From Oscillospiraceae bacterium (GTDB lineage: Bacteria; Bacillota; Clostridia; Oscillospirales; Oscillospiraceae), in NCBI GenBank assembly GCA_017447645.1, contig JAFSNA010000095.1, forward strand, positions 295 to 64,294: a stretch of 64,000 nt of DNA. Direction: 5' to 3'. Both the position numbers and the translations under genes were made by a program. This document shows positions 1-8,094 of this stretch, one piece after another (within the stretch, counting starts at the first letter, position 1; every line of letters begins with the position of its first letter). The notes under the pieces were generated by a model. The model was not told the origin of the DNA. It saw nothing but the letters and a program-made list of their open reading frames with translations, and did not search any database.

Positions 1-1226
1 AGCACGGCGATGTTGTCAACGCTGTTTTCCGTCTTCCGCGTGTCGGGCTGCCCCAGGTATTTCAGCCGGAACAGCTCGTCGATGACGGCCTTCTCCACGT
101 CCTTGCACCAGAAGCGCTCGCTGTCGCAGCTGTCGGCCTTGCCGAAGCGGGCGTTGCTGGATTCTTGGGAGGAATAGCAGACCAGCTTGTGCCCCTTGTC
201 GCCCCATTTCTGATAGCGCATCTTCGCGCCGCACTCGCCGCAGTACACGAGCCCTGAGAGCAAATAGTTGGAGCTGGTGCGGTTGACGCTGCGCCGTTGC
301 AGCTCCTCCTGGGCCTCCTGCCAGGTTTCCAGGGAGATGATGGCCTCATGGTTGCCCTCGTACTCCTCGCCGTTGAAGACGATGCAGCCGGTGAGGGACT
401 TGCGCATCAGAATCTGACGGATCGCCTGGTCGCCGCTGAAATGAAAGCGCTCCGCGATCTTCTGCGGCGGCATTTTCTCTTCGATGTACAGGCGGAAGAT
501 CTCTTTTACGACCTCCGCTTCTTCGGGCACAATCTCCAGCGAAGATGTCTCCTTGTTGTAGCGGTAGCCGAAGGGCGCGTTGCCACCGCCCATCCACTTG
601 CCGGAGGCCACCCGTGCCTGCCGCCCCCGCTTGAGCTTCTCCACGATCTGGTCGCGGTCGAACTCTGCCAGTGTGGCGAAGAGCATCAGCAGGAATTTGC
701 CTTGCGGGTTGTCCTTGTCGATGCGGCAGTAGTTTTCCGCAACGGAGACAAAGTTGATGTCCTCCCGGTTGCGGTTGACGGCGCTGTTCTTGCTGTCCTT
801 TGCCGCGACGATGTAGTCCTGGATAAATTGCAGCGTGCCCAGCAGGGAGCGGCCCAGACGGTCGATCCTCGCCACCACCAGGGAGTTGACGCGGATGTGC
901 GACTTCCCGTTGTTGAAGTCCGTGATCGCGCCCATGATCTCCTGCAGAGCCGGGCGATCCATGTTGGTGCCGGTATAGCCGTCGTCGATGAAGAGCACCA
1001 GGTTCTTGTAGCCGTTGGCCGTGCACCAGCGGACAATATCGGCCTCCTGGATATCCAGTCCGAAGCCCAGATCCGCCTGCCGGTCCGTGGACACGCGGAG
1101 ATAGCCCACGTTGATGAGGAAATTGTCATCCTCGTCCAGCTCCACGGCCTCGTCGATGACGATCTTCATGTTGTGCTTGAGTTCAAGTATGTTTTTCAAG
1201 TGGTAAGTTCTCTCTGTCTTTTTCAT
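1..1226 (-). CDS. Large serine recombinase (N-terminal ~408 aa; C-terminus beyond window start)
   Basis: My own minus-strand translation from ATG 1226 (RBS AAGGAAGGTG) reads MKKTERTYHL...NVGYLRVSTDRQ, the catalytic Ser motif. Further on it reads ...LSGLVYCGECGAKMRYQKWG, a zinc ribbon. Not in the ORF track because it runs off the window. Confidence 0.9.
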   Translation of the reverse strand, partial: MKKTERTYHLKNILELKHNMKIVIDEAVELDEDDNFLINVGYLRVSTDRQADLGFGLDIQEADIVRWCTANGYKNLVLFIDDGYTGTNMDRPALQEIMGAITDFNNGKSHIRVNSLVVARIDRLGRSLLGTLQFIQDYIVAAKDSKNSAVNRNREDINFVSVAENYCRIDKDNPQGKFLLMLFATLAEFDRDQIVEKLKRGRQARVASGKWMGGGNAPFGYRYNKETSSLEIVPEEAEVVKEIFRLYIEEKMPPQKIAERFHFSGDQAIRQILMRKSLTGCIVFNGEEYEGNHEAIISLETWQEAQEELQRRSVNRTSSNYLLSGLVYCGECGAKMRYQKWGDKGHKLVCYSSQESSNARFGKADSCDSERFWCKDVEKAVIDELFRLKYLGQPDTRKTENSVDNIAV

Positions 1227-1320
1227 AAGTACACCTTCCTTGGTTTGTAATATAGCATGATTTTTCTCTGTTCTCAATAGTTTTTCAATTTTACTCGTAA
1301 GAACTGCGAAACGTAGGAGT

Positions 1321-1366
1321 GGCGAAAAACGGTATGGGACTGTGACGGTCTCATACCGTTTTCGCC
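1321..1366. terminator. Bidirectional hairpin between the 104-aa gene and the recombinase gene
   Basis: GGCGAAAAACGGTATGGGAC-tgtgacg-GTCTCATACCGTTTTCGCC. Roughly 19-bp stem with T runs on both strands. Confidence 0.6.
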
Positions 1367-1373
1367 TTTCTGT

Positions 1374-1688
1374 TTACCGCACCGATTCTCTGTGGCGCGG
1401 CCTCTTGGGCGGCGGCATCGCGTCCCGCTGCTTCACCAGCTCCTGATTCCGCTCCAGCTTTTTGAGCAACGAGGGCTTCCCCGCCGCGGGAGGCTCGTCC
1501 GGTTCCTCGTCGAGCTCGTCGGCCAGCGCGTCCAGCTCGGACCTCGTCAGCGGCCGGCGCTCATTGCGCTCATAGATCTCGTTTACGATCCTGTCCACGT
1601 CGGGACAGTTGATCCTGATCTTGTCGTAATCGGACGGGTCGATCAGCTCGTCTCCGAGAAACAGTCTCACTTTAAATTCCATTGCCAA
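1374..1688 (-). CDS. Hypothetical small acidic protein (104 aa) of the element backbone
   Basis: ORF with RBS GGAAAGGAGGGG upstream of the ATG. No recognisable domain. Confidence 0.6.
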   Translation of the reverse strand: MAMEFKVRLFLGDELIDPSDYDKIRINCPDVDRIVNEIYERNERRPLTRSELDALADELDEEPDEPPAAGKPSLLKKLERNQELVKQRDAMPPPKRPRHRESVR

Positions 1689-1775
1689 CCCCTCCTTTCC
1701 TATGGATTGTTGCCGAATCGGGCAAAAAGTAATCCCCCGCCGGGCGGCGAGGGAGAGTTGAAAACCTTATTCTGT

Positions 1776-2759
1776 TCATAAGCTCAGCTCCTTTTTCTTC
1801 TGCGGGTCGGGCAGGCTGCGCAGCAGCTCCGGCGCGTATTGGCTGACCCTGCGGTACAGGTTATAGTAATCTGCCTCCAACTGCTTCGCGGCCAGCCGCT
1901 CGGACATTTTCTTTTCCCCGGCGGCCGCCAGGTCGGCCTTCTCCTTTTCCAGGCGGCTGACCTTACCCTCCAGCGCTTTCTTGTCTTTATCCAGATCCTT
2001 GTAGGCCTTTTCGTAGCCGCTCAGCGTCTCTTTGAACTTGGTCAGCCTGGGGAAGAGCTTTTTCAGCCGCCGCTTGACCTCCTCCATGTTCTTTTTGGCG
2101 TTGAACGCGTTGGTGTCGTCCAGGATCGCCACGACCGCGCGGATCTGCTTGTCCAGGTTTTCGCTCTCCTTGAAAAGCCGCGGCGGGATGTGGGTGCGCC
2201 CGGTAATACTGGCGCTTTTGCCGCGCTCCAGGTCAGGGTACTTCTCCGCCATGTGCTGCCAGAAGCCGTCCTGCCACTCGGTCAGCTTTTTCTTGTTGCC
2301 GACGATCTCCTTGGCACTCAGCCGCCCATCCTTCGTGATCGGGACAAAAGAAACGTGCATATGGGGCGTTTTCTCGTCCATATGCACTACGGCGGATATG
2401 AAGTTTTCCGGGGCGATCCGGCTCTGCAGGAAGCTCAGCGCGTGCTCGAAGTAGGCGCGGACCTCGTCCATCTTCTTGCCCGCGAAGAACTCCGGGCTCG
2501 CGGTGACGAGCGTCTCCACCACCCGGATGCTGTTGGAGCAGACGCGGGGACACTGGCACGCTTTGATCCGGTCCTCTGCCTCCGCGCGGTACTTGTCCTG
2601 CGGCTCGATCAGGTGAATGTTGTCCTTGCTGCGGGTCAGGTCCACGTCGGGATTGCTGGCGTAGGTCTCCTTGGTGCGCTCGTTGTGGGCCTCGATGTTG
2701 CCGATCTCCGGCCCCTTGTACTTGGCGAAGCGGAGAATGCCGTACTGTGCTTTTGCCAT
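1776..2759 (-). CDS. MobV-family relaxase (Mob/Pre plasmid recombination enzyme)
   Basis: N-terminus MAKAQYGILRFAKYK plus the histidine motif VVHMDEKTPHMHVSFVPI. The ATG at 2759 follows RBS GGAAGGAGG and overlaps the upstream stop (TGATG). Confidence 0.85.
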   Translation of the reverse strand: MAKAQYGILRFAKYKGPEIGNIEAHNERTKETYASNPDVDLTRSKDNIHLIEPQDKYRAEAEDRIKACQCPRVCSNSIRVVETLVTASPEFFAGKKMDEVRAYFEHALSFLQSRIAPENFISAVVHMDEKTPHMHVSFVPITKDGRLSAKEIVGNKKKLTEWQDGFWQHMAEKYPDLERGKSASITGRTHIPPRLFKESENLDKQIRAVVAILDDTNAFNAKKNMEEVKRRLKKLFPRLTKFKETLSGYEKAYKDLDKDKKALEGKVSRLEKEKADLAAAGEKKMSERLAAKQLEADYYNLYRRVSQYAPELLRSLPDPQKKKELSL

Positions 2760-2980
2760 CAGCAGCCCTCCTTCCGCTTTTGCCACACAAGGTCGTATCC
2801 GAGCACGTCGGCCAGCTCGACGGCCTCCCGGTAGCGGAGCGAATTGCGGGCGAGCTTGTTGGAGAAGTTGGAGACGGAATCGCTCCAGCCGTAATCGTCG
2901 TGGAGCCGATCCAGCAGCTCCTGCATCGTGAATCCGGCGCGGATGATCTGCGCCTTGATTTCGTTTCTGGTGTTGGTCAT
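2759..2980 (-). CDS. Small HTH-like protein (73 aa), translationally coupled to the relaxase
   Basis: MTNTRNEIKAQIIRAGFTMQELLDRL... at the end of the 146-aa track ORF. Its stop overlaps the relaxase start. Confidence 0.55.
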   Translation of the reverse strand: MTNTRNEIKAQIIRAGFTMQELLDRLHDDYGWSDSVSNFSNKLARNSLRYREAVELADVLGYDLVWQKRKEGC

Positions 2981-3010
2981 AAGTAAATCCTTCTTTCTTT
3001 GAATTTGCAC

Positions 3011-3038
3011 GGACTTGAAATCCTCTGTTCGTTCGTAC
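3011..3038 (-). repeat. Motif copy D (GTACGAACGAACAGAGGATTTCAAGTCC), candidate oriT/RSA-like site
   Basis: Lies between the primase stop and the HTH-relaxase operon. Matches plus-strand copies at 4968-4994 (22/27) and 5199-5220 (19/22). Confidence 0.4.
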
Positions 3039-3039
3039 G

Positions 3040-4335
3040 TCATGGGATCAGCGCGTAGATGCCCATATAGCCCCGGACGCGGCGGCCGTTGACATAGAGA
3101 TTGTTCGTGGGCTCCAGGCGGTATTCCGGCGCAAGCGCGGCCATTTGATCCAGGAAGCTCTTCTTGGCCAGCGGGAAGTAGGCGTTCTCCTCGCACCACA
3201 GGACATACAACTCGTACAGGCGCTGGGAGGTAATGTCATAGTCCGCCTTGTAGCCGATATACCCCTCGGATTTAAGGAACTCCGTCACGTTGTTTCCCTC
3301 GGACACGCTCTCCTTCATATTCTCCCGGCTGCGCTCGCTGAGCGTGAACTTGTAGCCGTTTGCCAGCAGCCGGTGCAGCCCCTCCAGCGCCCAGAGGAAG
3401 ATGCTGTCGATCTCGCCGCACAGCTTTTCGGACAGGAAGGGATCGTCCACCCGGTCGGCGGGCTTGTCCTTCACCGTCAGAATGATCTGCCGGCGGAAGA
3501 AGCCGACGCTGCGGTCATAGCGGGATTTCAGCGCCCCGTTGCCAAAGCCGATGAAGCGAACATACATGGTGCCCTGGTAGCTCTGCTTGCCCTTCTTCTC
3601 CAGATCCATGGGCAACTCCGCCGTGATCAGGGTTTTCAGGATGTTCGTATCCGGCAGCGCCTCCATCTTCATGTCGTCGTCCACCATCAGCAGGCCGTAT
3701 TCCAGATCGGCGCGGGCGAAGGGACTGGTCTCCACCTTGGCGATGCTGCCGCTGTACATATTGATACCCAGCAGCGCCGACAGCACGATCCCCACACGGG
3801 ACTTGCCCTCGCCGCCCTTGCCCACCAGCATCAGCATTTTCTGCGCCTTGGTGCTGGGGATCAGGCAGTAACCCATGAACTCCTGTAGGGTCAAAATGTC
3901 CTCCGGGATCAGCAGATCATTGAGGAAGGTGATCCATTTTGTCGGGAAAGGCGCGTCCGGATCGTAGCGCACCGGCAGCCGATTCAGGCAGAAGTCCTTG
4001 CTTTGCTCAAAGTGTCCGTCCAGGAACAGCGTGCCGTTAGCCACGTGGATGCGGTCGTGGTAGATCGGCAGGGGCGGAGAGAAGCACTCCGAGCGCAGCG
4101 CCTCCAGCAGATTATTGACCTTGTTGGAGACACGGGTGCGTACATAGGGCTTGATCTGCTGATAGATCTCGCTCTTCAATCGACTCTCGTCCGTGACCTT
4201 GCCGTCCTGCGTGAAAAAAGTCTCGTGGATGCAGAGCATCGGGTGTTCCTCGCGAAAGCATTCGCAGAAGCCCACCTCGTCGATCTTTCCGTTCCCGTCA
4301 AGCCAGATCGGCGCGGGCTCAAAAGATGTCGGCAT
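3040..4335 (-). CDS. Phage/plasmid P4-type primase C-terminal / SF3 helicase family protein
   Basis: 431 aa with Walker A LMLVGKGGEGKSR. Architecture resembles D5_N/primase-helicase proteins of mobile elements. Confidence 0.8.
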   Translation of the reverse strand: MPTSFEPAPIWLDGNGKIDEVGFCECFREEHPMLCIHETFFTQDGKVTDESRLKSEIYQQIKPYVRTRVSNKVNNLLEALRSECFSPPLPIYHDRIHVANGTLFLDGHFEQSKDFCLNRLPVRYDPDAPFPTKWITFLNDLLIPEDILTLQEFMGYCLIPSTKAQKMLMLVGKGGEGKSRVGIVLSALLGINMYSGSIAKVETSPFARADLEYGLLMVDDDMKMEALPDTNILKTLITAELPMDLEKKGKQSYQGTMYVRFIGFGNGALKSRYDRSVGFFRRQIILTVKDKPADRVDDPFLSEKLCGEIDSIFLWALEGLHRLLANGYKFTLSERSRENMKESVSEGNNVTEFLKSEGYIGYKADYDITSQRLYELYVLWCEENAYFPLAKKSFLDQMAALAPEYRLEPTNNLYVNGRRVRGYMGIYALIP

Positions 4336-4894
4336 ATTCGATCACCTCCTTTTGCAGCAGCGCCTCGTAGCGATCCAGCACACCGCCTTCGGTCAGATAG
4401 GCGATCTCGTCCTCTTTCTGCTGTGCTGTGCCCCCGGAAAGCAAATCTGCCAGACCTGCGATAAAATCGTACATCTGGCAGTTCTGCGCGTATTCCGTTG
4501 TGATGGGATCGTCCATGCTCTGCGGCGCGGTTCCCCATTTTTGGTGATGAAGCCGGACCTCCAGAGCCAGCAGCACGTCATGGCAGCGCTTGGCCGGATC
4601 GGGCGGCTTGGGCGGGGCAGGCGTGTATGGGAGATCGACTCCGTTCCCGAAGTCTGCGAGCAGCTTTTCCGCCGCTTCCTTCAGCGACAGGTTGAAGTAC
4701 TTCGCCGTGAAGTCGATCACGTCTCCGTCCTCCCCGCAGCCGAAGCAGTGGAAACGCTCGTCCAGCTTCATGCTGGGGTTGTGGTCGTCGTGGAAGGGAC
4801 ACACTGCCATCCCGCGGCTGTTTACCGTCAGCCCATAGTGTTCTGCCGCCTCGCGGGCTGTGACGAGGCCTTTGATTGCTTTGAAATCAATCAT
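4319..4894 (-). CDS. CHC2 zinc-finger (DnaG-type) primase-like protein
   Basis: CPFHDDHNPSMKLDERFHCFGCGEDGDVIDF motif. Overlaps the downstream helicase gene by 17 nt. Confidence 0.8.
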   Translation of the reverse strand: MIDFKAIKGLVTAREAAEHYGLTVNSRGMAVCPFHDDHNPSMKLDERFHCFGCGEDGDVIDFTAKYFNLSLKEAAEKLLADFGNGVDLPYTPAPPKPPDPAKRCHDVLLALEVRLHHQKWGTAPQSMDDPITTEYAQNCQMYDFIAGLADLLSGGTAQQKEDEIAYLTEGGVLDRYEALLQKEVIEYADIF

Positions 4895-4934
4895 CTCTTG
4901 TACCTCCTGTATTCGATTCGGAGGCAGGAAAAGA

Positions 4935-4994
4935 AAAAGACCTGAACTCTTCCGCCCAGGTACGGTAGTACGAATGGACGGATGATTTCAGGTC
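4935..4994 (+). repeat. Hairpin module copy A (GACCTGAA...TTCAGGTC) containing a motif related to D
   Basis: The 5' end AAAAAGACCTGAACTC and 3' end GATGATTTCAGGTC resemble copies B and C. On the minus strand the hairpin is followed by a T run just upstream of the CHC2 gene. Confidence 0.5.
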
Positions 4995-5151
4995 GCTGCG
5001 TTTTTCTGTTCAGTTGTGCGTGTGATCCCTCCTTTCGCGCAGATGGAAGTTTCTTTTCTTTTTCGCTGCCTCCACCCAATTATACGAAAAAATCCCTCAC
5101 GAAAGGCTGAAATCGACACGATTGCAATTTGGCAAGCCGCTCTCGGCGGAG

Positions 5152-5169
5152 AATTGCAGATCTGCAATT
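5152..5169. promoter_or_regulatory. Perfect 18-bp palindrome AATTGCAGATCTGCAATT (candidate operator)
   Basis: Read directly. A related palindromic half-site ATTGCAAT sits at 5121-5128. Confidence 0.45.
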
Positions 5170-5178
5170 TTGGGCACA

Positions 5179-5221
5179 AAAAAGACCCGGAGTCACCGGT
5201 ACGAACGTACAGATGATTCCG
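5179..5221 (+). repeat. Module copy B, left flank of the PRTase-DprA-phosphoesterase cassette
   Basis: AAAAAGACCCGGAGTCACC ... GATGATTCCG. The first 19-mer is 18/19 identical to 8035-8053, and the terminal 10-mer is identical to 8073-8082. Confidence 0.6.
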
Positions 5222-5235
5222 TATTGCAAGCCGTG

Positions 5236-5264
5236 TTGCCATTAAACAAATCCTGGTGTATTAT
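5236..5264 (+). promoter_or_regulatory. Candidate sigma-70 promoter (TTGCCA-17-TATTAT) at the start of the AT-rich cassette
   Basis: Hexamers and spacing read directly. TATAAT is also present at 5262-5267. Confidence 0.4.
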
Positions 5265-5316
5265 AATAATAACAACTAAAGAACAGAAAGAAGGGATTAT
5301 CAAGAACTTCTTCAGT

Positions 5317-5571
5317 ATGACAGGTGAGCTTTATGATGATCAAAATCTTTTCCAAATCAAGTTCCCTGACCAACTTTGGACAAACATCAGAGTCTTTGTC
5401 CGCAATTTCAGGGACCTGCCACTATGGAAGGACCGGACAATGGCGTCAACTGTATTTGGAGGAAAGCAAGTGAGCGAATACTGGAGCACAGCCTTTCGCA
5501 CAGGAAGAACGCCAGATGGTACTATCGTTTTGTCTAAGCCCATTAACGTCGTTGATATGATCAAGTCATAA
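5317..5571 (+). CDS. Possible small protein (84 aa), uncertain
   Basis: Internal ATG of the 149-aa track ORF. No convincing RBS and no recognisable domain. Confidence 0.25.
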   Translation: MTGELYDDQNLFQIKFPDQLWTNIRVFVRNFRDLPLWKDRTMASTVFGGKQVSEYWSTAFRTGRTPDGTIVLSKPINVVDMIKS

Positions 5572-5639
5572 CCTGGCAATGGACAAGCTCTGCTTTTATG
5601 CTATAATAGATTTGATAAGGTTTTCTTGGAGGTCTCATA

Positions 5640-6230
5640 ATGGCTGTTGAAGTACATCCTATCCAGCTAAACGGGAATTGGGATATCGGCTATGCGTTGG
5701 ATCAGCATGTAATAAGAAGTGTTCATATTGCAGACGATCCGTTCGGTAATCCTGTTTTTGACAACACATACTCTGAAATCGGCGAACTGTTGACCAAATT
5801 CAAGTATAAAGGGCGATATGACAACCTGACAGAAATTGTTTCAACAATCGAAGTGTTTTTACGATCACATCCAGAAATGATGGATTTTGAGACCATTATT
5901 CCTGTTCCACCCACAAAGTTTAGACCTTATCAGCCGACATGGGAAATATGTGAGGCTTTGGCAAAGGATTTAAATCGTTTTTTTATTACTGATGTTCTTG
6001 TAAAGGAATCTGGTGTCGAGTCAAAAGGCTTATCTCTTGAGGAAAAACGCCAGCTCAGTGGTACAATTCGACAGCAACATCGGGCCAAACGGAAGCATAG
6101 TGTTTTGCTCCTTGATGACCTATATAAAACTGGGACAACCTTGACAGAGTGTGTAAGTGTTCTTCGTCGGGATCCTCTGATTGATAAAATCTACGTGCTA
6201 ACGGTCACAAAAACAAAGAACCCGAGTTAA
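5640..6230 (+). CDS. ComF-like phosphoribosyltransferase (PRTase) family protein
   Basis: PRPP-binding loop VLLLDDLYKTGTTLTE. RBS GGAGG 7 nt upstream. Extended -10 TGCTATAAT at 5599-5607. Confidence 0.8.
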   Translation: MAVEVHPIQLNGNWDIGYALDQHVIRSVHIADDPFGNPVFDNTYSEIGELLTKFKYKGRYDNLTEIVSTIEVFLRSHPEMMDFETIIPVPPTKFRPYQPTWEICEALAKDLNRFFITDVLVKESGVESKGLSLEEKRQLSGTIRQQHRAKRKHSVLLLDDLYKTGTTLTECVSVLRRDPLIDKIYVLTVTKTKNPS

Positions 6231-6250
6231 CTCTAGTGGGGAGGTGAAGT

Positions 6251-7189
6251 ATGAAAAACCAGTACCTGTTGCAGCTGATGCTCACCAAAGGAATTGGTGA
6301 TGCTGCGATAAAGAAAATACTTCACTATGCTTTTACGCATCAAGATGTTTCGCTTGAGCTCTTCTGCAAAGAGCCTTTGCAGCTGAATGCGGTGTTGAAT
6401 TGCAAGGAAGAAACCTTGCTAAGCATACTGCAGAATGAAGAGCGCGCGAAAAAGCTTTGTGGTGAAATGTTGGAAAAAGGGATCGCTGTTATTTCTGAAA
6501 TTGATAGCGAGTATCCCGAACATTTGAAAAAGGCGCTCAATGGGCAATGCCCACCTGTGCTTTTTGTGAAGGGGAACTCAGCGTTGCTCTCAACGAAGTC
6601 CGTCGGCTTCTGTGGCTCACGAAAGGTTTCTCCAAAAGGCGTAATGATTACCGGACAGTGCGCTGAGCAGCTGACCGACCGAGGAATCACAGTTGTCAGC
6701 GGGTATGCTGCAGGAACAGACTTGGCCGCGCATAGCGCAGCTTTAGCGCATGGCGGCAACACTGTGTTCGTTTTGGCGGAAGGTCTTTTGAAGAACACAG
6801 AGAAAGTCGAGATTCGGGATCTGCTCACAGAAGAGAACCACGTTTTTGTTTCTCAATTCCTTCCGGCACAGACATGGAACGTCGGGAATGCCATGCGGCG
6901 GAATGCTGTTATTATCGGGCTTTCAAGCGCAATGATCCTGGTCGAGTCAGGAAAAACTGGTGGAACATTTGCGGCAGGCGAGGAATCATTGAAACGGGGA
7001 ACTCCGTTGTTCGTGATCGACTATGAGAAGCCTGAGGTCTCTGCGGAGGCAAATCCGTACTTCATCGAAAAAGGCGGAATGCCTATCCGAGGGAAGAAGG
7101 GCGTCCCAAACCTTGAGAAAGTCTTTCGTGCTATAGACGAATCAGGCCAAACGCCTCCTTGTTCCGAGCAGTTGATGCTTGACTTATGA
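6251..7189 (+). CDS. DprA/Smf-like (SLOG-superfamily Rossmann) protein
   Basis: VGFCGSRKVSPKG...VVSGYAAGTDLAAHSAALAHGGNTVFVLAEGL...MRRNAVIIGLS...VESGKTGGTFAAG matches the remembered DprA core pattern. RBS GGGGAGGTG upstream. Confidence 0.8.
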   Translation: MKNQYLLQLMLTKGIGDAAIKKILHYAFTHQDVSLELFCKEPLQLNAVLNCKEETLLSILQNEERAKKLCGEMLEKGIAVISEIDSEYPEHLKKALNGQCPPVLFVKGNSALLSTKSVGFCGSRKVSPKGVMITGQCAEQLTDRGITVVSGYAAGTDLAAHSAALAHGGNTVFVLAEGLLKNTEKVEIRDLLTEENHVFVSQFLPAQTWNVGNAMRRNAVIIGLSSAMILVESGKTGGTFAAGEESLKRGTPLFVIDYEKPEVSAEANPYFIEKGGMPIRGKKGVPNLEKVFRAIDESGQTPPCSEQLMLDL

Positions 7190-8034
7190 AGATTTACGTC
7201 ACAGCTGACGTTCACGGCTTTTACACTGAATTTCATAATGCGCTGGATGAGGCGGGGTATTTCATCGATCCAGATCCGCACAAGCTAATTATTCTGGGCG
7301 ATATCTTCGACCGCGGTACAGAGGCAGTCGAGATGCAGCAGTTCATCTTGGAGCTCATGGAGCAGAACGCTGTCATTCTGATACGCGGGAATCATGAAGA
7401 TCTCTTCGCGGAAATGATTACGATCGACGAGGGCCTGCCTGTCCGGCATCATGTGAGCAATGGCACCTACGGTACGGCGCTGCAGCTGACCGGCTACGAT
7501 CCGACGCTGGCGCAGATCCGGCATTGGGATTTCGCCGAGAAAGCGCGGGAGACACCGTATTATCAGCGCATCATCCCCGCGACAATTGATTGGTACGAGA
7601 CGGCGCATTACATCTTCACCCATGGCTGGATCCCCTGCATCCGCGGATGGGACGGCAGCTACAGTTATGATCCCGACTGGCGCGACACCGGGCCGGAGGG
7701 CTGGCGGATGGCGCGTTGGTATAATGGGATGGACGCCGCGCAGAGCTGCACGGAAGAGAAAACGATCCTCTGCGGGCACTGGCACAGCTCCTACGGCCAC
7801 AGCAAGTATGAGGGCAAGGGCTCGGAGTTCGGCCCCGACGCCGATTTCAGCCCGTACTACGGCCCCGGCGTTATCGCGCTGGACGCCTGCACCACGCACA
7901 GCGGGAAAGTCAATGTGATCGTGATAGAAGATGATGACCTTCCCGATCAAGACGCAGAGGACGAGCGTTTCCGCGAGGTAACGCAGCGCATCCTCGAGGA
8001 GCACAAAGCAGCTTTCGTGGAGTTGGCAAAATAG
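7186..8034 (+). CDS. Calcineurin-like metallophosphoesterase (PPP/ApaH-like)
   Basis: Motifs DVHG, GDIFDRG, GNHED and CGHWHSS. The start ATG overlaps the DprA-like stop (ATGA). Confidence 0.85.
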   Translation: MKIYVTADVHGFYTEFHNALDEAGYFIDPDPHKLIILGDIFDRGTEAVEMQQFILELMEQNAVILIRGNHEDLFAEMITIDEGLPVRHHVSNGTYGTALQLTGYDPTLAQIRHWDFAEKARETPYYQRIIPATIDWYETAHYIFTHGWIPCIRGWDGSYSYDPDWRDTGPEGWRMARWYNGMDAAQSCTEEKTILCGHWHSSYGHSKYEGKGSEFGPDADFSPYYGPGVIALDACTTHSGKVNVIVIEDDDLPDQDAEDERFREVTQRILEEHKAAFVELAK

Positions 8035-8085
8035 AAAAAGACCCGGAATCACCGCATCAGTTTGATGACATCGATGATTCCGGGT
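8035..8085. terminator. Module copy C: bidirectional terminator hairpin, right flank of the cassette
   Basis: ACCCGGAATCA (8041-8051) pairs with TGATTCCGGGT (8075-8085), with an A run before and a T run after. Its ends repeat copy B. Confidence 0.7.
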
Positions 8086-8094
8086 TTTCTGTTA

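Noticed and set aside
297-1250. 317-aa plus-strand ORF, and 226/147-aa minus-strand ORFs in other frames, across the recombinase region
   Set aside because: The plus-strand ORF is antisense to, and the two minus-strand ORFs are frame-shifted relative to, a clear serine recombinase frame (YLRVSTDRQ, zinc ribbon). Their products are low-complexity and Arg/Gly/Pro-rich.
4891-5316. Several 60-150-aa ORFs in the backbone/cargo transition zone
   Set aside because: No RBS, implausible composition, and they overlap the repeats and palindromes. Treated as non-coding control DNA.
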